DNA of 64,000 bases from Clostridia bacterium (GTDB lineage Bacteria; Bacillota; Clostridia; Oscillospirales; Acutalibacteraceae), in NCBI GenBank assembly GCA_017473165.1, contig JAFUNA010000032.1, forward strand, positions 4,182-68,181. The letters are read 5' to 3'. Position 1 is the stretch's first letter. Each line of letters begins with the position of its first letter. The notes under the pieces were generated by a model that made no database searches, was not told the origin of the DNA, and worked only from the letters and a program-made list of their open reading frames with translations. Position numbers and translations under genes: made by a program. Below are positions 11,293 to 20,485 of the stretch, piece by piece.

Positions 11293-13224
11293 TTAGTCAA
11301 GCTCAAACTGTCCCGTATAGAGCTGATAATATTTGCCTTTTTGTGCTATGAGGTCGTCATGGTCGCCTCGCTCGATTATTTCGCCGTGTTCAAGCACCAT
11401 AATCGCATTTGAATTTCGAACGGTTGAAAGTCTGTGAGCAATAACGAAAACCGTTCTGCCCTCCATGAGCTTATCCATGCCCTTTTCGATAAGACGTTCG
11501 GTTCTTGTGTCGATTGAGCTTGTTGCCTCGTCAAGAATGAGCACGGGAGGGTCTGCAACGGCGGCTCTCGCAATCGCAAGCAGCTGTCTCTGACCCTGTG
11601 AAAGGTTTGCACCGTCGCCCGTTATCATGGTGTTGTAGCCGTCGGGAAGGCGGGTTATGAATGAATCCGCATTGGCAAGCTTTGCGGCGGCGATGATTTC
11701 TTCGTCCGTTGCGTCAAGTCTGCCGTAGGCGATATTATCACGCACCGTGCCCGTGAAAAGGTGAGTATCCTGCAAAACCATGCCCATAGAACGCCTTAAT
11801 TCCGCTTTTTTAATCTTTTTGATGTTAATGCCGTCATAGGTTATCTTTCCCTCTCCGACGTCATAGAAGCGGTTTATAAGGTTCGTAATGGTGGTTTTGC
11901 CCGCACCGGTTGAGCCGACGAAGGCGATTTTTTGACCGGGCATTGCGTAAAGCGAAACGTTTTTGAGAACATCCTTCTTGCCGTCATAGCTGAATGTGAC
12001 ATCATGGAAACGCACGTCACCCTTCCATTCGGTGTAGGTCAGAGTGCCGTCGCCGTGGGGATGCTTCCATGCCCAGATGCCCGTTCTTTCGGAGCATTCG
12101 GTGATTGTGCCGTCGGGATTTTTCTTTGCGTTGACAAGGGTAACATAGCCGTCATCCTCCTCAACGGGAGTGTCGATAACCTCAAAAATTCTTTCGGTAC
12201 CCGCAAGAGCGGCGATGATGTTGTTGAACTGCTGTGAAATCTGGGTTATGGGCTGGAAAAACTGTCTTGTGTAAATGAGGAATGTGAACAGAGCACCAAC
12301 GGAAATTCCGAAGAAACTTTCCTCGGGCACGGTCATAATCAGCAGCGAGCCGATTGTTGCCGTTGCGGCGTAGGTGATGTAGGACATATTGCCCATGATG
12401 GGCATAAGAATGCTTGCGTAGGTGTGAGCGTTGGTTGCGGCGTGGCGGAGCTTGCCGTTGATAACGCCGAAGCCCTCGTTTGCGGCATCCTCATGGCTGA
12501 AAACCTTGACAACCTTGAGTCCCTCAATATATTCCTCGATATATCCGTTAACCTCGCCAACGCATTTCTGCTGCTGTCTGAAATATTTTGCACTCTGCTT
12601 GCCAAGCGTTTTGACAACAAAGAACGCAACAAAGAGCATGGCAATAACAAAACCCGTCAGCACGGGGCTGTAATAGAGCATCATTACGAATGTGCCGACA
12701 ACCGTAACCGTTGAAGAAACAAGCTGAACAAAGCTCTGGCTGATGCATTCACGCAGAACGTCGGCATCGTTTGTGTAGCGGCTCATAAGCTCGCCGTGGG
12801 TATGGCTGTCAAAAAATCCGATGGGCAAATCCATCATGTGGTCAAACAAATCCTTACGGATTGTGTTGAGCGTTTTGTGTGCAACCTGGAGCATAATTCT
12901 CGAATAGGTATATGACGAAATAACGCCGAGAAGGTAGATAACTCCGAGGGTGAGCAGAGTTTTGACAAGGGGAGCAAGCAGCTCTTTTGTGATTTCGGAG
13001 CCGATGAGGGGCAGAAGGAAATCATCCGTGATTGTTTTGACAAAGGATGTTCCGATGATGCCCGCAAGGGCACTGAAGGCAACGAAGATAAAAACAAAGA
13101 AAAGCATCACCTTTGACCTGCCGAGATAGCCGAGCAGCCTTGAAAAGGTCGCTTTTGTGTTTTTCGGCTTCTGGAATTTGTTTCCGTCGCCCTTGGGAGG
13201 AGCATTTTTTTCTTTGCGTGCCAT
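11293..13224 (-). CDS. ABC exporter, fused permease/ATPase, second subunit of a heterodimer
   Basis: TM domain, GSTGAGKT, LSQGQRQ, LDEATS. Confidence 0.95.
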   Translation of the reverse strand: MARKEKNAPPKGDGNKFQKPKNTKATFSRLLGYLGRSKVMLFFVFIFVAFSALAGIIGTSFVKTITDDFLLPLIGSEITKELLAPLVKTLLTLGVIYLLGVISSYTYSRIMLQVAHKTLNTIRKDLFDHMMDLPIGFFDSHTHGELMSRYTNDADVLRECISQSFVQLVSSTVTVVGTFVMMLYYSPVLTGFVIAMLFVAFFVVKTLGKQSAKYFRQQQKCVGEVNGYIEEYIEGLKVVKVFSHEDAANEGFGVINGKLRHAATNAHTYASILMPIMGNMSYITYAATATIGSLLIMTVPEESFFGISVGALFTFLIYTRQFFQPITQISQQFNNIIAALAGTERIFEVIDTPVEEDDGYVTLVNAKKNPDGTITECSERTGIWAWKHPHGDGTLTYTEWKGDVRFHDVTFSYDGKKDVLKNVSLYAMPGQKIAFVGSTGAGKTTITNLINRFYDVGEGKITYDGINIKKIKKAELRRSMGMVLQDTHLFTGTVRDNIAYGRLDATDEEIIAAAKLANADSFITRLPDGYNTMITGDGANLSQGQRQLLAIARAAVADPPVLILDEATSSIDTRTERLIEKGMDKLMEGRTVFVIAHRLSTVRNSNAIMVLEHGEIIERGDHDDLIAQKGKYYQLYTGQFELD

Positions 13225-14966
13225 TATTCTGCGCCTCCTTCCTGCTGTGACTTATAAACTTCGGTATAAATTTCGTTTGTGCCGAGAAGCTCGTCATGAG
13301 TTCCGATTGCGTTGATTTTGCCGTCGTCGAGAACGATTATCTTATCGGCGTGCTGAATGGAGCTGATTCTCTGAGCAACGATGATTGTTGTGATATCGCC
13401 GTGATTTTCCTTGAAGCCCTCACGGATTTTTGCGTCCGTAGCGGTGTCAACGGCACTTGTGCTGTCGTCAAGAATGAGCACCTTGGGGGATTTGAGCAGG
13501 GCTCTTGCAATGCAAAGACGCTGCTTCTGACCGCCCGAAAGGTTAACGCCGCCCTGACCGAGATTGGTTTTGTAGCCGTCGGGGAAGGATTCTATGAAAT
13601 CGTGAGCCTGTGCAATTTTGCAGGCGGAGCGGATTTCCTCGTCGGTAGCATCCTTGTTGCCCCAGCGAAGGTTATCCTCGATTGTGCCCGAGAAAAGCAG
13701 GTTAACCTGCAAAACCATCGCAACCGCATCACGCAGGTTACGCAGAGTGTAGTCTGCAACGGGTCTGCCGCCAACCTTAACAACGCCCTCCGTTACGTCA
13801 TAGAGTCTGGGAATCATCTGAACAAGGGTGGTTTTAGCCGAGCCTGTGCCGCCGATGATGCCAACGGTTTCGCCCGATTTTATGTGAAGATTGATGTTGT
13901 CGATAACGTTCTTTTTGCCTGTTTTCTTATATTTGAAGCAGACGTTTTCCATGTCGATATCGCCGTTTTCAACGGTGAGAGCGGGGTCGGCGTTGCTGTC
14001 GTTGATATCGGGAACTTCGTTGATAACCTCGGCAACACGGGTGATTGATGCCCTTGACATGACAACCATGACGAAAATCATGGAAATCATCATCAGCGAC
14101 ATGAGAATGTTGTTGACATAGGTTATGAATGCAGTGAGGTCGGCAATCTCCATTGTGCCTTTGATAACAAGATTGCTGCCGAACCAGAGAATTGAAATGA
14201 TGCAGCCGTAAATTGTCATCTGCATGAACGGACCCGAAAGAATGAGCAGCTTTTCCGCTGCGATTGATGCATCCTTGAGCTCGTCGTTTGAAAGCTTGAA
14301 TTTATCCTTTTCGTGCTTTGCTCTTACAAATGCCTTGACAACTCTTACGCCTATGAGGGTTTCCTGAATTGAGGCGTTGAGTCCGTCATATTTCTTCATC
14401 AGCTTCTTGAATCTGGGCATTGCAAGGCTGCCCATGAGTCCGAGAAGGATGAGCAGAATCGGTGCTGCAACGGCAAAAACCTTTGAAAGGTCGGCGTTGA
14501 TTCTGTATGCGTAGGTAAAAGCCATAACAAGCATGATGGGCGAGCGGATAAACATTCTGATTATCATGGTGTAGCCCATCTGAACGGTGTTGATGTCCGT
14601 TGTCATTCGTGTAATGAGTGACGGGGTGCTGAATTTGTCGATGTTTGCAAATGAAAAATTCTGGATTTTTGCAAAGATGGCAGCTCTTACGTTTGCACCG
14701 AAGCCCATGCCTGCCTGGGCTGCGAATCTTGCCGCGCCTGCACCTGCGAGCAAGGAAATAAGTGCCATAACAACCATTTTTCCGCCTTCTTTGAGAATAT
14801 ACTCAATTCCCGCACCCGCAAGGATGCCGTTGTTGACCATATCCGCCATAACAAAGGGAATCTGCACCTCCATATACACCTCAATGATTATCAGCAGAGG
14901 CGACAGAAGCGAAACAAGCCGATAGCCCTTTGTCTGCTTCAGCAGAGTTTTTAGCATTTTTATCAT
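13224..14966 (-). CDS. ABC exporter, fused permease/ATPase, degenerate-site subunit
   Basis: GGTGSAKT, LSGGQKQR, LDDSTSAVD, Q in place of the switch H (AQRIS), as in TM287-type subunits. Confidence 0.95.
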   Translation of the reverse strand: MIKMLKTLLKQTKGYRLVSLLSPLLIIIEVYMEVQIPFVMADMVNNGILAGAGIEYILKEGGKMVVMALISLLAGAGAARFAAQAGMGFGANVRAAIFAKIQNFSFANIDKFSTPSLITRMTTDINTVQMGYTMIIRMFIRSPIMLVMAFTYAYRINADLSKVFAVAAPILLILLGLMGSLAMPRFKKLMKKYDGLNASIQETLIGVRVVKAFVRAKHEKDKFKLSNDELKDASIAAEKLLILSGPFMQMTIYGCIISILWFGSNLVIKGTMEIADLTAFITYVNNILMSLMMISMIFVMVVMSRASITRVAEVINEVPDINDSNADPALTVENGDIDMENVCFKYKKTGKKNVIDNINLHIKSGETVGIIGGTGSAKTTLVQMIPRLYDVTEGVVKVGGRPVADYTLRNLRDAVAMVLQVNLLFSGTIEDNLRWGNKDATDEEIRSACKIAQAHDFIESFPDGYKTNLGQGGVNLSGGQKQRLCIARALLKSPKVLILDDSTSAVDTATDAKIREGFKENHGDITTIIVAQRISSIQHADKIIVLDDGKINAIGTHDELLGTNEIYTEVYKSQQEGGAE

Positions 14967-14986
14967 CTCCTAAACTATACCAGAAT

Positions 14987-15023
14987 ATTTTAAAGCCTCT
15001 CAACATTTGTGTCAAGAGGCTTT
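14987..15023 (-). promoter_or_regulatory. Sigma-A promoter for the ABC pair overlapped by an inverted repeat
   Basis: TTGACA-17 bp-TAAAAT on the minus strand; AAAGCCTCT/AGAGGCTTT arms bracket it (operator, or terminator of the upstream gene). Confidence 0.55.
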
Positions 15024-15051
15024 GAAAAGCAATTATGGCATAAATTGTAAA

Positions 15052-15744
15052 TTATCTTTGAACTTCGCCTGTGATTGCGTTTATAACGTTATGGAAAACC
15101 GCAACGTGGGAGTTCGAAATATATTTGTCAAGATGCATCGAGCCGAAAAACCAGCGGCGGAAGCTGCAGACCTCGGAAAGCTCCTCAAGGTAGGTGTTAA
15201 GCCCCGTTACGCTTGCGGTTTCATTGTCCTTGAGCTTTAAAAAGCCCTTGATTTTCATGGGCGGCTCATGGGTTATGATGTAGTCAACTCTGCAGTTGAG
15301 CTTTTCGATGTTTGACGCACCCTCAAGCAATTCTTCACGGCTGGGGAACTCAAAGCGTGACCATGCGTTTTCCTCAAAACGGATGTCAATGTCGGGGCTT
15401 TCGCCGCCGCCCATTGTGAAGAAGGTCATGTTGTCGATTCTGAAAATCTGACCCCTCATCAGGTGGTAAACATTGCCGCAAAGGTGATGAACCTTGCCGC
15501 CGTTCCAGGTTGTTACGGGATAGGAATTCAGCAGCTCAAAGTTTTCGTGAGTGCCGTCAACAAAGCAGATGTTGAACTTCTTGCCGGCAAGCTTTTTTAA
15601 GATTTTCTGCTCGATTTTGCTGTTATCCCAAACAAAACCGAAATCTCCGCATATAATCAGAGTGTCGCCTTTTTTCAGCTGTTTTATGGCAGGTGAATCA
15701 AAGCGGGAATAATCGCCGTGCATATCACCGGTTACATAGACCAT
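15052..15744 (-). CDS. Calcineurin-like metallophosphoesterase
   Basis: GDMHG, CGDFG, DGTHE, THE motifs. Confidence 0.88.
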   Translation of the reverse strand: MVYVTGDMHGDYSRFDSPAIKQLKKGDTLIICGDFGFVWDNSKIEQKILKKLAGKKFNICFVDGTHENFELLNSYPVTTWNGGKVHHLCGNVYHLMRGQIFRIDNMTFFTMGGGESPDIDIRFEENAWSRFEFPSREELLEGASNIEKLNCRVDYIITHEPPMKIKGFLKLKDNETASVTGLNTYLEELSEVCSFRRWFFGSMHLDKYISNSHVAVFHNVINAITGEVQR

Positions 15745-15921
15745 GACGAACGCTCCTTTCTTACGATATCAATTTAATATACTCTATATTCGAAAAAAAA
15801 TCAAGGCTTGAAGCATGGAAATTTTTATTTTGCGAAAAATCCCCGCCAAGTATTTATTTTTTCACAAATCTGTGCTACAATATTTAATCAATTATAAAAT
15901 ACTTTTTAAACGGTGTGTGAA

Positions 15922-17292
15922 ATGAAGAAATTATTCGTGTTTTTAATTATAACGGCTGTGGTTTTCAGCTCTGTTTTCTCTGTCGGAGCCAATGCGGCTT
16001 ACGACGATATCATGAAGTCGCTCGAATTATATTCCGACTGTCTGCTGCTTGTCAGCGCCGACAATGACGAGGTTATTTTTGCGAAAAACGCAGGAAAACA
16101 AACCTCGCCCGCAAGCCTTACAAAGGTTGTGACGGCGATTGTTGTGCTTGAAAACTGCAAAAATCTTGAAGCAACCGTCACCGTTCCCGAAAGCTGTATC
16201 CGTGAGCTTGACGGCACGGGCAGCTCCCTCGGCGGAATTCAGCCGGGTGAGCAGATAACTGTTTATAACCTTCTTTGCAGCCTGCTGATTCAGAGTGCAA
16301 ACGAAGCGGCAACAACCCTTTCCGACTATGTTTTCGGCGGCGACAGAGATAAATTCATTGCCGAAATGAATGCGGTTGCCGAAAAGCTGGGCTGCGAAAA
16401 CAGCCATTTCGTTAACCCCCACGGTCTTGACGACGAAAACCAGTATGTCACCGCAAGCGACATGGCGGCATTCATGAAATATGCGATGGGATTTCCCGCA
16501 TTTGAAGAGATTGTCGGCAAAAGCAGTTACACTCTTCCCGCAACGAATCTTCAGGAGGAGCGAAAAATTCACAACACAAACAAGATGATGAATTCTTCGA
16601 TTTCCGATTATTACTGCAAATATGTCAAGGGCGGAAAAACGGGTTCAACCTCAACTGCAGGCAAATGCGTTGTTTCAACCGCCTCCAAGGACGGCTACAA
16701 CTATATTGCGGTTGCCCTTGATTCGCCGTTTTACGATGTTGACAATGACGGCTATGACGAAAACTGTGCTTTCCTTGACAGCAAGGAAATGTATGAATGG
16801 GCGTTCAAAAACATTGAGCTTGTTGCGGTTTCGGACACAACAAGAATTGTCGGTCAGGTTCCCGTAAAATACGCAAAGGCAACCGACTACATAACCCTTA
16901 CGCCCGCTGAAACGGTTTACGGGCTTGTACCCGTCGGCACGGATTCGGGCAGCCTTTATGTTGAGCTTATCGAGGACACCGTGCCCGAATTTGTCAAGGC
17001 ACCTGTCGAAAAGGGTGAGGTTATCTGCAAGGCACGGGTGCTCTATGCGGGCGAGCCGATTAAAGAAATCGACGTTGTTGCCAGCATGGATATTGAGAGA
17101 GGATTTTTTGTTTTCATCGGCTCAACGGCGAAAACGATTTTCTCAAACTGGATTTTCAGAATTGCGGCGATTGTGATTGTTGTTGCCCTTGCGGTGCTGC
17201 TTTTCATTCGCCACAGAAAGAAAAAAGCCGATGCAGCGGACACCAGGGACTACAGAATTCTCAATTACAACGATTTCATGAAACTCAAATAA
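15922..17292 (+). CDS. D-alanyl-D-alanine carboxypeptidase (peptidase S11), membrane anchored
   Basis: Signal peptide, SLTK (SxxK), SAN, KTG motifs, C-terminal TM. Confidence 0.93.
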   Translation: MKKLFVFLIITAVVFSSVFSVGANAAYDDIMKSLELYSDCLLLVSADNDEVIFAKNAGKQTSPASLTKVVTAIVVLENCKNLEATVTVPESCIRELDGTGSSLGGIQPGEQITVYNLLCSLLIQSANEAATTLSDYVFGGDRDKFIAEMNAVAEKLGCENSHFVNPHGLDDENQYVTASDMAAFMKYAMGFPAFEEIVGKSSYTLPATNLQEERKIHNTNKMMNSSISDYYCKYVKGGKTGSTSTAGKCVVSTASKDGYNYIAVALDSPFYDVDNDGYDENCAFLDSKEMYEWAFKNIELVAVSDTTRIVGQVPVKYAKATDYITLTPAETVYGLVPVGTDSGSLYVELIEDTVPEFVKAPVEKGEVICKARVLYAGEPIKEIDVVASMDIERGFFVFIGSTAKTIFSNWIFRIAAIVIVVALAVLLFIRHRKKKADAADTRDYRILNYNDFMKLK

Positions 17293-17301
17293 GGTGATTC
17301 A

Positions 17302-18471
17302 ATGAGCAATATTTATAAGGGCAGGGGAACAAAGGCTGACGAAAAGCAGCTTATCGGGATGCTTGACGATGTGTTTTTCGGCGATGATACGTCAGAGCAC
17401 AAGCCCGATTTTATGAGCCTTTTGCCCAAGCTTTATAAAGATAAATACAACCCCGGCTATAACAATGTAATCGTAAAAGAGGGCAGCGAAATCAAGGCTG
17501 CCGTAGGTTGCTATCCCCATGAGGTTGTTGCGGCGGGCAGAAAGCTCAAGGTTATGGGCATCGGCAACGTTGCCGTTGCGAAGGACAGCCGCCGTAAGGG
17601 CTATATGATTGACCTAATGAATATGGCTCTTGACATAATGAAGGAAGGGGATTATGATTATTCTCTTCTCGGCGGTCAGCGTCAGAGATACGGTTATTTC
17701 GGCTATGAGCCTGCGGGATATTCCCACGGCTTTACAACAGACAGTGGCAACATCCACCGCTTGCTCGGAGCAGATGCAAAGTCGGGCTGCACGGTTAAGG
17801 AAGTGACCGAGGCGGATACGGAAACTATCAGACGCATCAAGGCAATCCACGAATCGGCTGCGGTTTATTCCGTGAGAAGCGAAGAAATGACGGTTGATAT
17901 TCTTAAGAGCTGGAGAAATGTGCCTTATGCGGTGTTTGAGGGCGAAGAATTCAAGGGCTATTTTATTGCGAGCCTTTACGGTAAAGAGGTTTGCGAGCTG
18001 AAGGCGGAAAAGGCGGAGGACACTCTTAAGCTGATTTTGAGTGCGATGGAATTCTGCGAAAAGGAGCAGATTCATTTCTGCCTGCCCGTGTTTGACGGCG
18101 AAAGATGCGATTATATGGCAAAAATCTGCGAGAATTCGGCGGTTTATAACACGGATATGGTTAATGTATTCAACTACCGCCGATTTATCGAAGCGTTTCT
18201 TGCGGTTAAGGCGGCAAGGGTCAATCTTTGCGGCGGCACGCTGAATATGCTCATTCACGGATATAAGGCAGACGAGAGCCTTGCGGTGACCGTTGACGGG
18301 AAGAATGTCACCGTTTGCGAAACAGATGCAAAGCCCGATATAGAGCTCGGGCATAATGATGCAATCAGATTTCTGACGGGTCTTTTCTCAAAGGAGAGAT
18401 TTGATGTGCCTGCGTTTGCACAGAGCTGGTTTCCGCTGGATTTCTATGCGGCAGGTTCGGACAATGCGTGA
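17302..18471 (+). CDS. GNAT family N-acetyltransferase, Eis-like
   Basis: GIGNVAV..RRKGYM acetyl-CoA motif, RYGYFGYE, about 390 aa. Confidence 0.8.
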   Translation: MSNIYKGRGTKADEKQLIGMLDDVFFGDDTSEHKPDFMSLLPKLYKDKYNPGYNNVIVKEGSEIKAAVGCYPHEVVAAGRKLKVMGIGNVAVAKDSRRKGYMIDLMNMALDIMKEGDYDYSLLGGQRQRYGYFGYEPAGYSHGFTTDSGNIHRLLGADAKSGCTVKEVTEADTETIRRIKAIHESAAVYSVRSEEMTVDILKSWRNVPYAVFEGEEFKGYFIASLYGKEVCELKAEKAEDTLKLILSAMEFCEKEQIHFCLPVFDGERCDYMAKICENSAVYNTDMVNVFNYRRFIEAFLAVKAARVNLCGGTLNMLIHGYKADESLAVTVDGKNVTVCETDAKPDIELGHNDAIRFLTGLFSKERFDVPAFAQSWFPLDFYAAGSDNA

Positions 18472-18492
18472 TTAAATAAAATTGAATTCAAG

Positions 18493-19020
18493 TGTACGGC
18501 GGGGGCTTGCTCCCGCCGAAAAAATTTGAATTTTACTGATTATTTCGGGCGACCACGCAGGGTCGCCCCTACACGTTTTAGTGATATATTGCTTTACAAT
18601 GTGATATTTTTGCTTTCGCAAAAGTGTTATTCGCCTGCGGCGAGTTTCGGACGGGCTCTGCCCGTACCCGATTATATAAAAGAACCAAAAATCCGTGTAG
18701 GGGACGGGTTCCCCGTCCCGTAAAAAACAGCACATTCCCGGGAGGGGTGACCCCTCCCCTACGATATCACTCCGATTTCATGCGTAGGGGCGATTTGCGA
18801 TTAGCCCTTACGTACTTGCCTTGTAGGGCGGGCTGACCCAGCCCGCCGAAAAAATAATCGCTATAATCCACGGCGGCTTGGAAACTCCCTCCGTCTTTTG
18901 CTTCGCAAAATCCACCGATTCGCCTCCCCTTCAGGGGAGGTGCTGAACATAGTGAAGCGGAGGGGTTTAAAGAGGGAGGCAAATCGCCGCCCTACCCCTC
19001 AAATCAGGTTTTCCCTACGA
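18493..19020. repeat. Dense mosaic of GTAG-REP pairs, GTGATAT-hairpin units and nested CCCTCC...GAGGGAGG elements
   Basis: Many GTAGGG../..CCCTAC hairpins; 18543-18762 is nearly identical to 20109-20351. Confidence 0.85.
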
Positions 19021-19046
19021 TGTGCTGATGCAAATTAAATAATTAT

Positions 19047-19082
19047 AAACACAAAAACGGCGTATCCCGAAGGATACGCCGT
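19047..19082 (-). terminator. Terminator of the zinc-finger surface protein gene
   Basis: ACGGCGTATCC-CGAA-GGATACGCCGT, T-rich tail on the minus strand. Confidence 0.85.
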
Positions 19083-19143
19083 AAGCTATTCAATTAAATT
19101 CTTGCGCTAATTCAATTAAATAAGCGGGGTTTGAAAGCTTTGA

Positions 19144-19896
19144 TTATGCCTTCTTCTTTGTGCAAACATAAGCTGCTGCAGCTGCAACTGAGATAGCTGC
19201 GAATGCTGCGATACCAACTGATGCTGAACCTGTATCAACGGGAGCTTCAGCTTCTGTTGTAGCTTCTGTTGTAGCAACAACTGTTGTTGCCTTCTCGCCA
19301 GCGTACATAGCCTTGATCTTAGCCTTGAGCTGGTTGAGGAGATCGTTGATGCCGGGGATTTCGAAGTCAGCAAGAGCTGATTCGAGATCTGCAACTGCAC
19401 CGTTTACGTCAGCAGCGGGGATAAGACCTGTGCCGATGTTTTCGATGAAGTCAACGAGGCGGACAACAACGCTTTCGATTGCATCCCACTGACCTGCGTT
19501 TGTCTTAACGAGGTCGATGATCATTGTAAGGATATCCTTGATTGTGAGATCAACGTAATCCTTTGCATCGCCGTATGTGCAAGCTGCAACGTGCTCGTTG
19601 TAAGCCTTTTCATCAGCGAAGGGACGCTGACACTTGGGGCAGTACTTCTTGTTGCAAAGTGCAAGATGCTTGTTGAATTCGCCTTCGTTTGCGAATGTGT
19701 TGCCGCAATCAGCACAGTAAACTGTGTTTGCTTCTGCATCTGCTTTGCAAGTGCAGTTCTTTGCGCCTGCTACTGAACCGTAAACCTTGTCACAGTCATC
19801 GCAAACTTTGTCTGAATTTGCGTCTGTAGCAAATGCCATAGCGCTCATGGAGAGAGCAATAACAAGTGCCATTACAATTGCGAGTGCTTTTTTCAT
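19144..19896 (-). CDS. Secreted, probably sortase-anchored protein with CCHC zinc-finger repeats
   Basis: Signal peptide; two C-x2-C-x12-H-x3-C motifs; Thr/Ala/Glu linker; PVDTG followed by TM and KKKA. Confidence 0.85.
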   Translation of the reverse strand: MKKALAIVMALVIALSMSAMAFATDANSDKVCDDCDKVYGSVAGAKNCTCKADAEANTVYCADCGNTFANEGEFNKHLALCNKKYCPKCQRPFADEKAYNEHVAACTYGDAKDYVDLTIKDILTMIIDLVKTNAGQWDAIESVVVRLVDFIENIGTGLIPAADVNGAVADLESALADFEIPGINDLLNQLKAKIKAMYAGEKATTVVATTEATTEAEAPVDTGSASVGIAAFAAISVAAAAAYVCTKKKA

Positions 19897-19935
19897 TATG
19901 AACCATTCCTTTCAAATTTTATTGCAAGAGCAACA

Positions 19936-19975
19936 ATTGTTACCTTATAGTAACATATTGTTACCAAATTGTCAA
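19936..19975 (-). promoter_or_regulatory. Sigma-A promoter overlapped by GGTAACAAT repeats
   Basis: TTGACA-17 bp-TACTAT with extended TG; ATTGTTACC at 19936-19944 and 19957-19965. Confidence 0.6.
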
Positions 19976-20108
19976 CACTTTTCATGTTGAAAAATGAATA
20001 ATTTTTGGACCGTCGGTTAACATAATTGTATTTATTTTGACGAAATATAATTGTAGCCGTGTCCCGATACCCAATTATATTATAAAAACATAATATTGTC
20101 AACGGTTT

Positions 20109-20351
20109 TTTCGGGCGACCACACAGGGTCGCCCCTACACGGTTTTGGTGATATACGGCTGACGCCGTGTGATATATTGCTTTGCAATGTGATATTTTTG
20201 CTTTCGCAAAAGTGATATTCGCCTGCGGCGAGTTTCGGACGGGCTCTGCCCGTACCCGATTATATAAAAGAACCAAAAATCCGTGTAGGGGACGGGTTTC
20301 CCGTCCCGTAAAAAACAGCACCTTCCCGGGAGGGGTTACCCCTCCCCTACG
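20109..20351. repeat. Second copy of the composite REP/GTGATAT block
   Basis: Direct repeat of 18543-18762 with one additional 21-bp unit. Confidence 0.9.
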
Positions 20352-20440
20352 CATAAATTCCACTGAAATCATCGAAAAACCACACGGGGTTTCCCTTGTG
20401 ATGTGTTGTTTCATGTTACGGTTGAATTCACACAATTAAA

Positions 20441-20478
20441 AACACAAAAACGGCATATCCCGCAGGACACGCCGTTTT
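20441..20478 (-). terminator. Terminator of the DUF4474 pair
   Basis: AAAACGGCATATCC-CGCA-GGACACGCCGTTTT, homologous to the 19047-19082 terminator. Confidence 0.75.
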
Positions 20479-20485
20479 GTTTCAA

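Noticed and set aside
9600-14048. Long antisense ORFs (9600-10556, 13296-14048; likewise 17614-18354, 24473-25605, 38567-39415)
   Set aside because: Shadows of well-supported genes on the opposite strand.
18472-18982. Several short ORFs here and at 19896-20439, 34138-34426 and 40231-40422
   Set aside because: They are translations of palindromic repeats; the same peptide text recurs wherever the repeat does.
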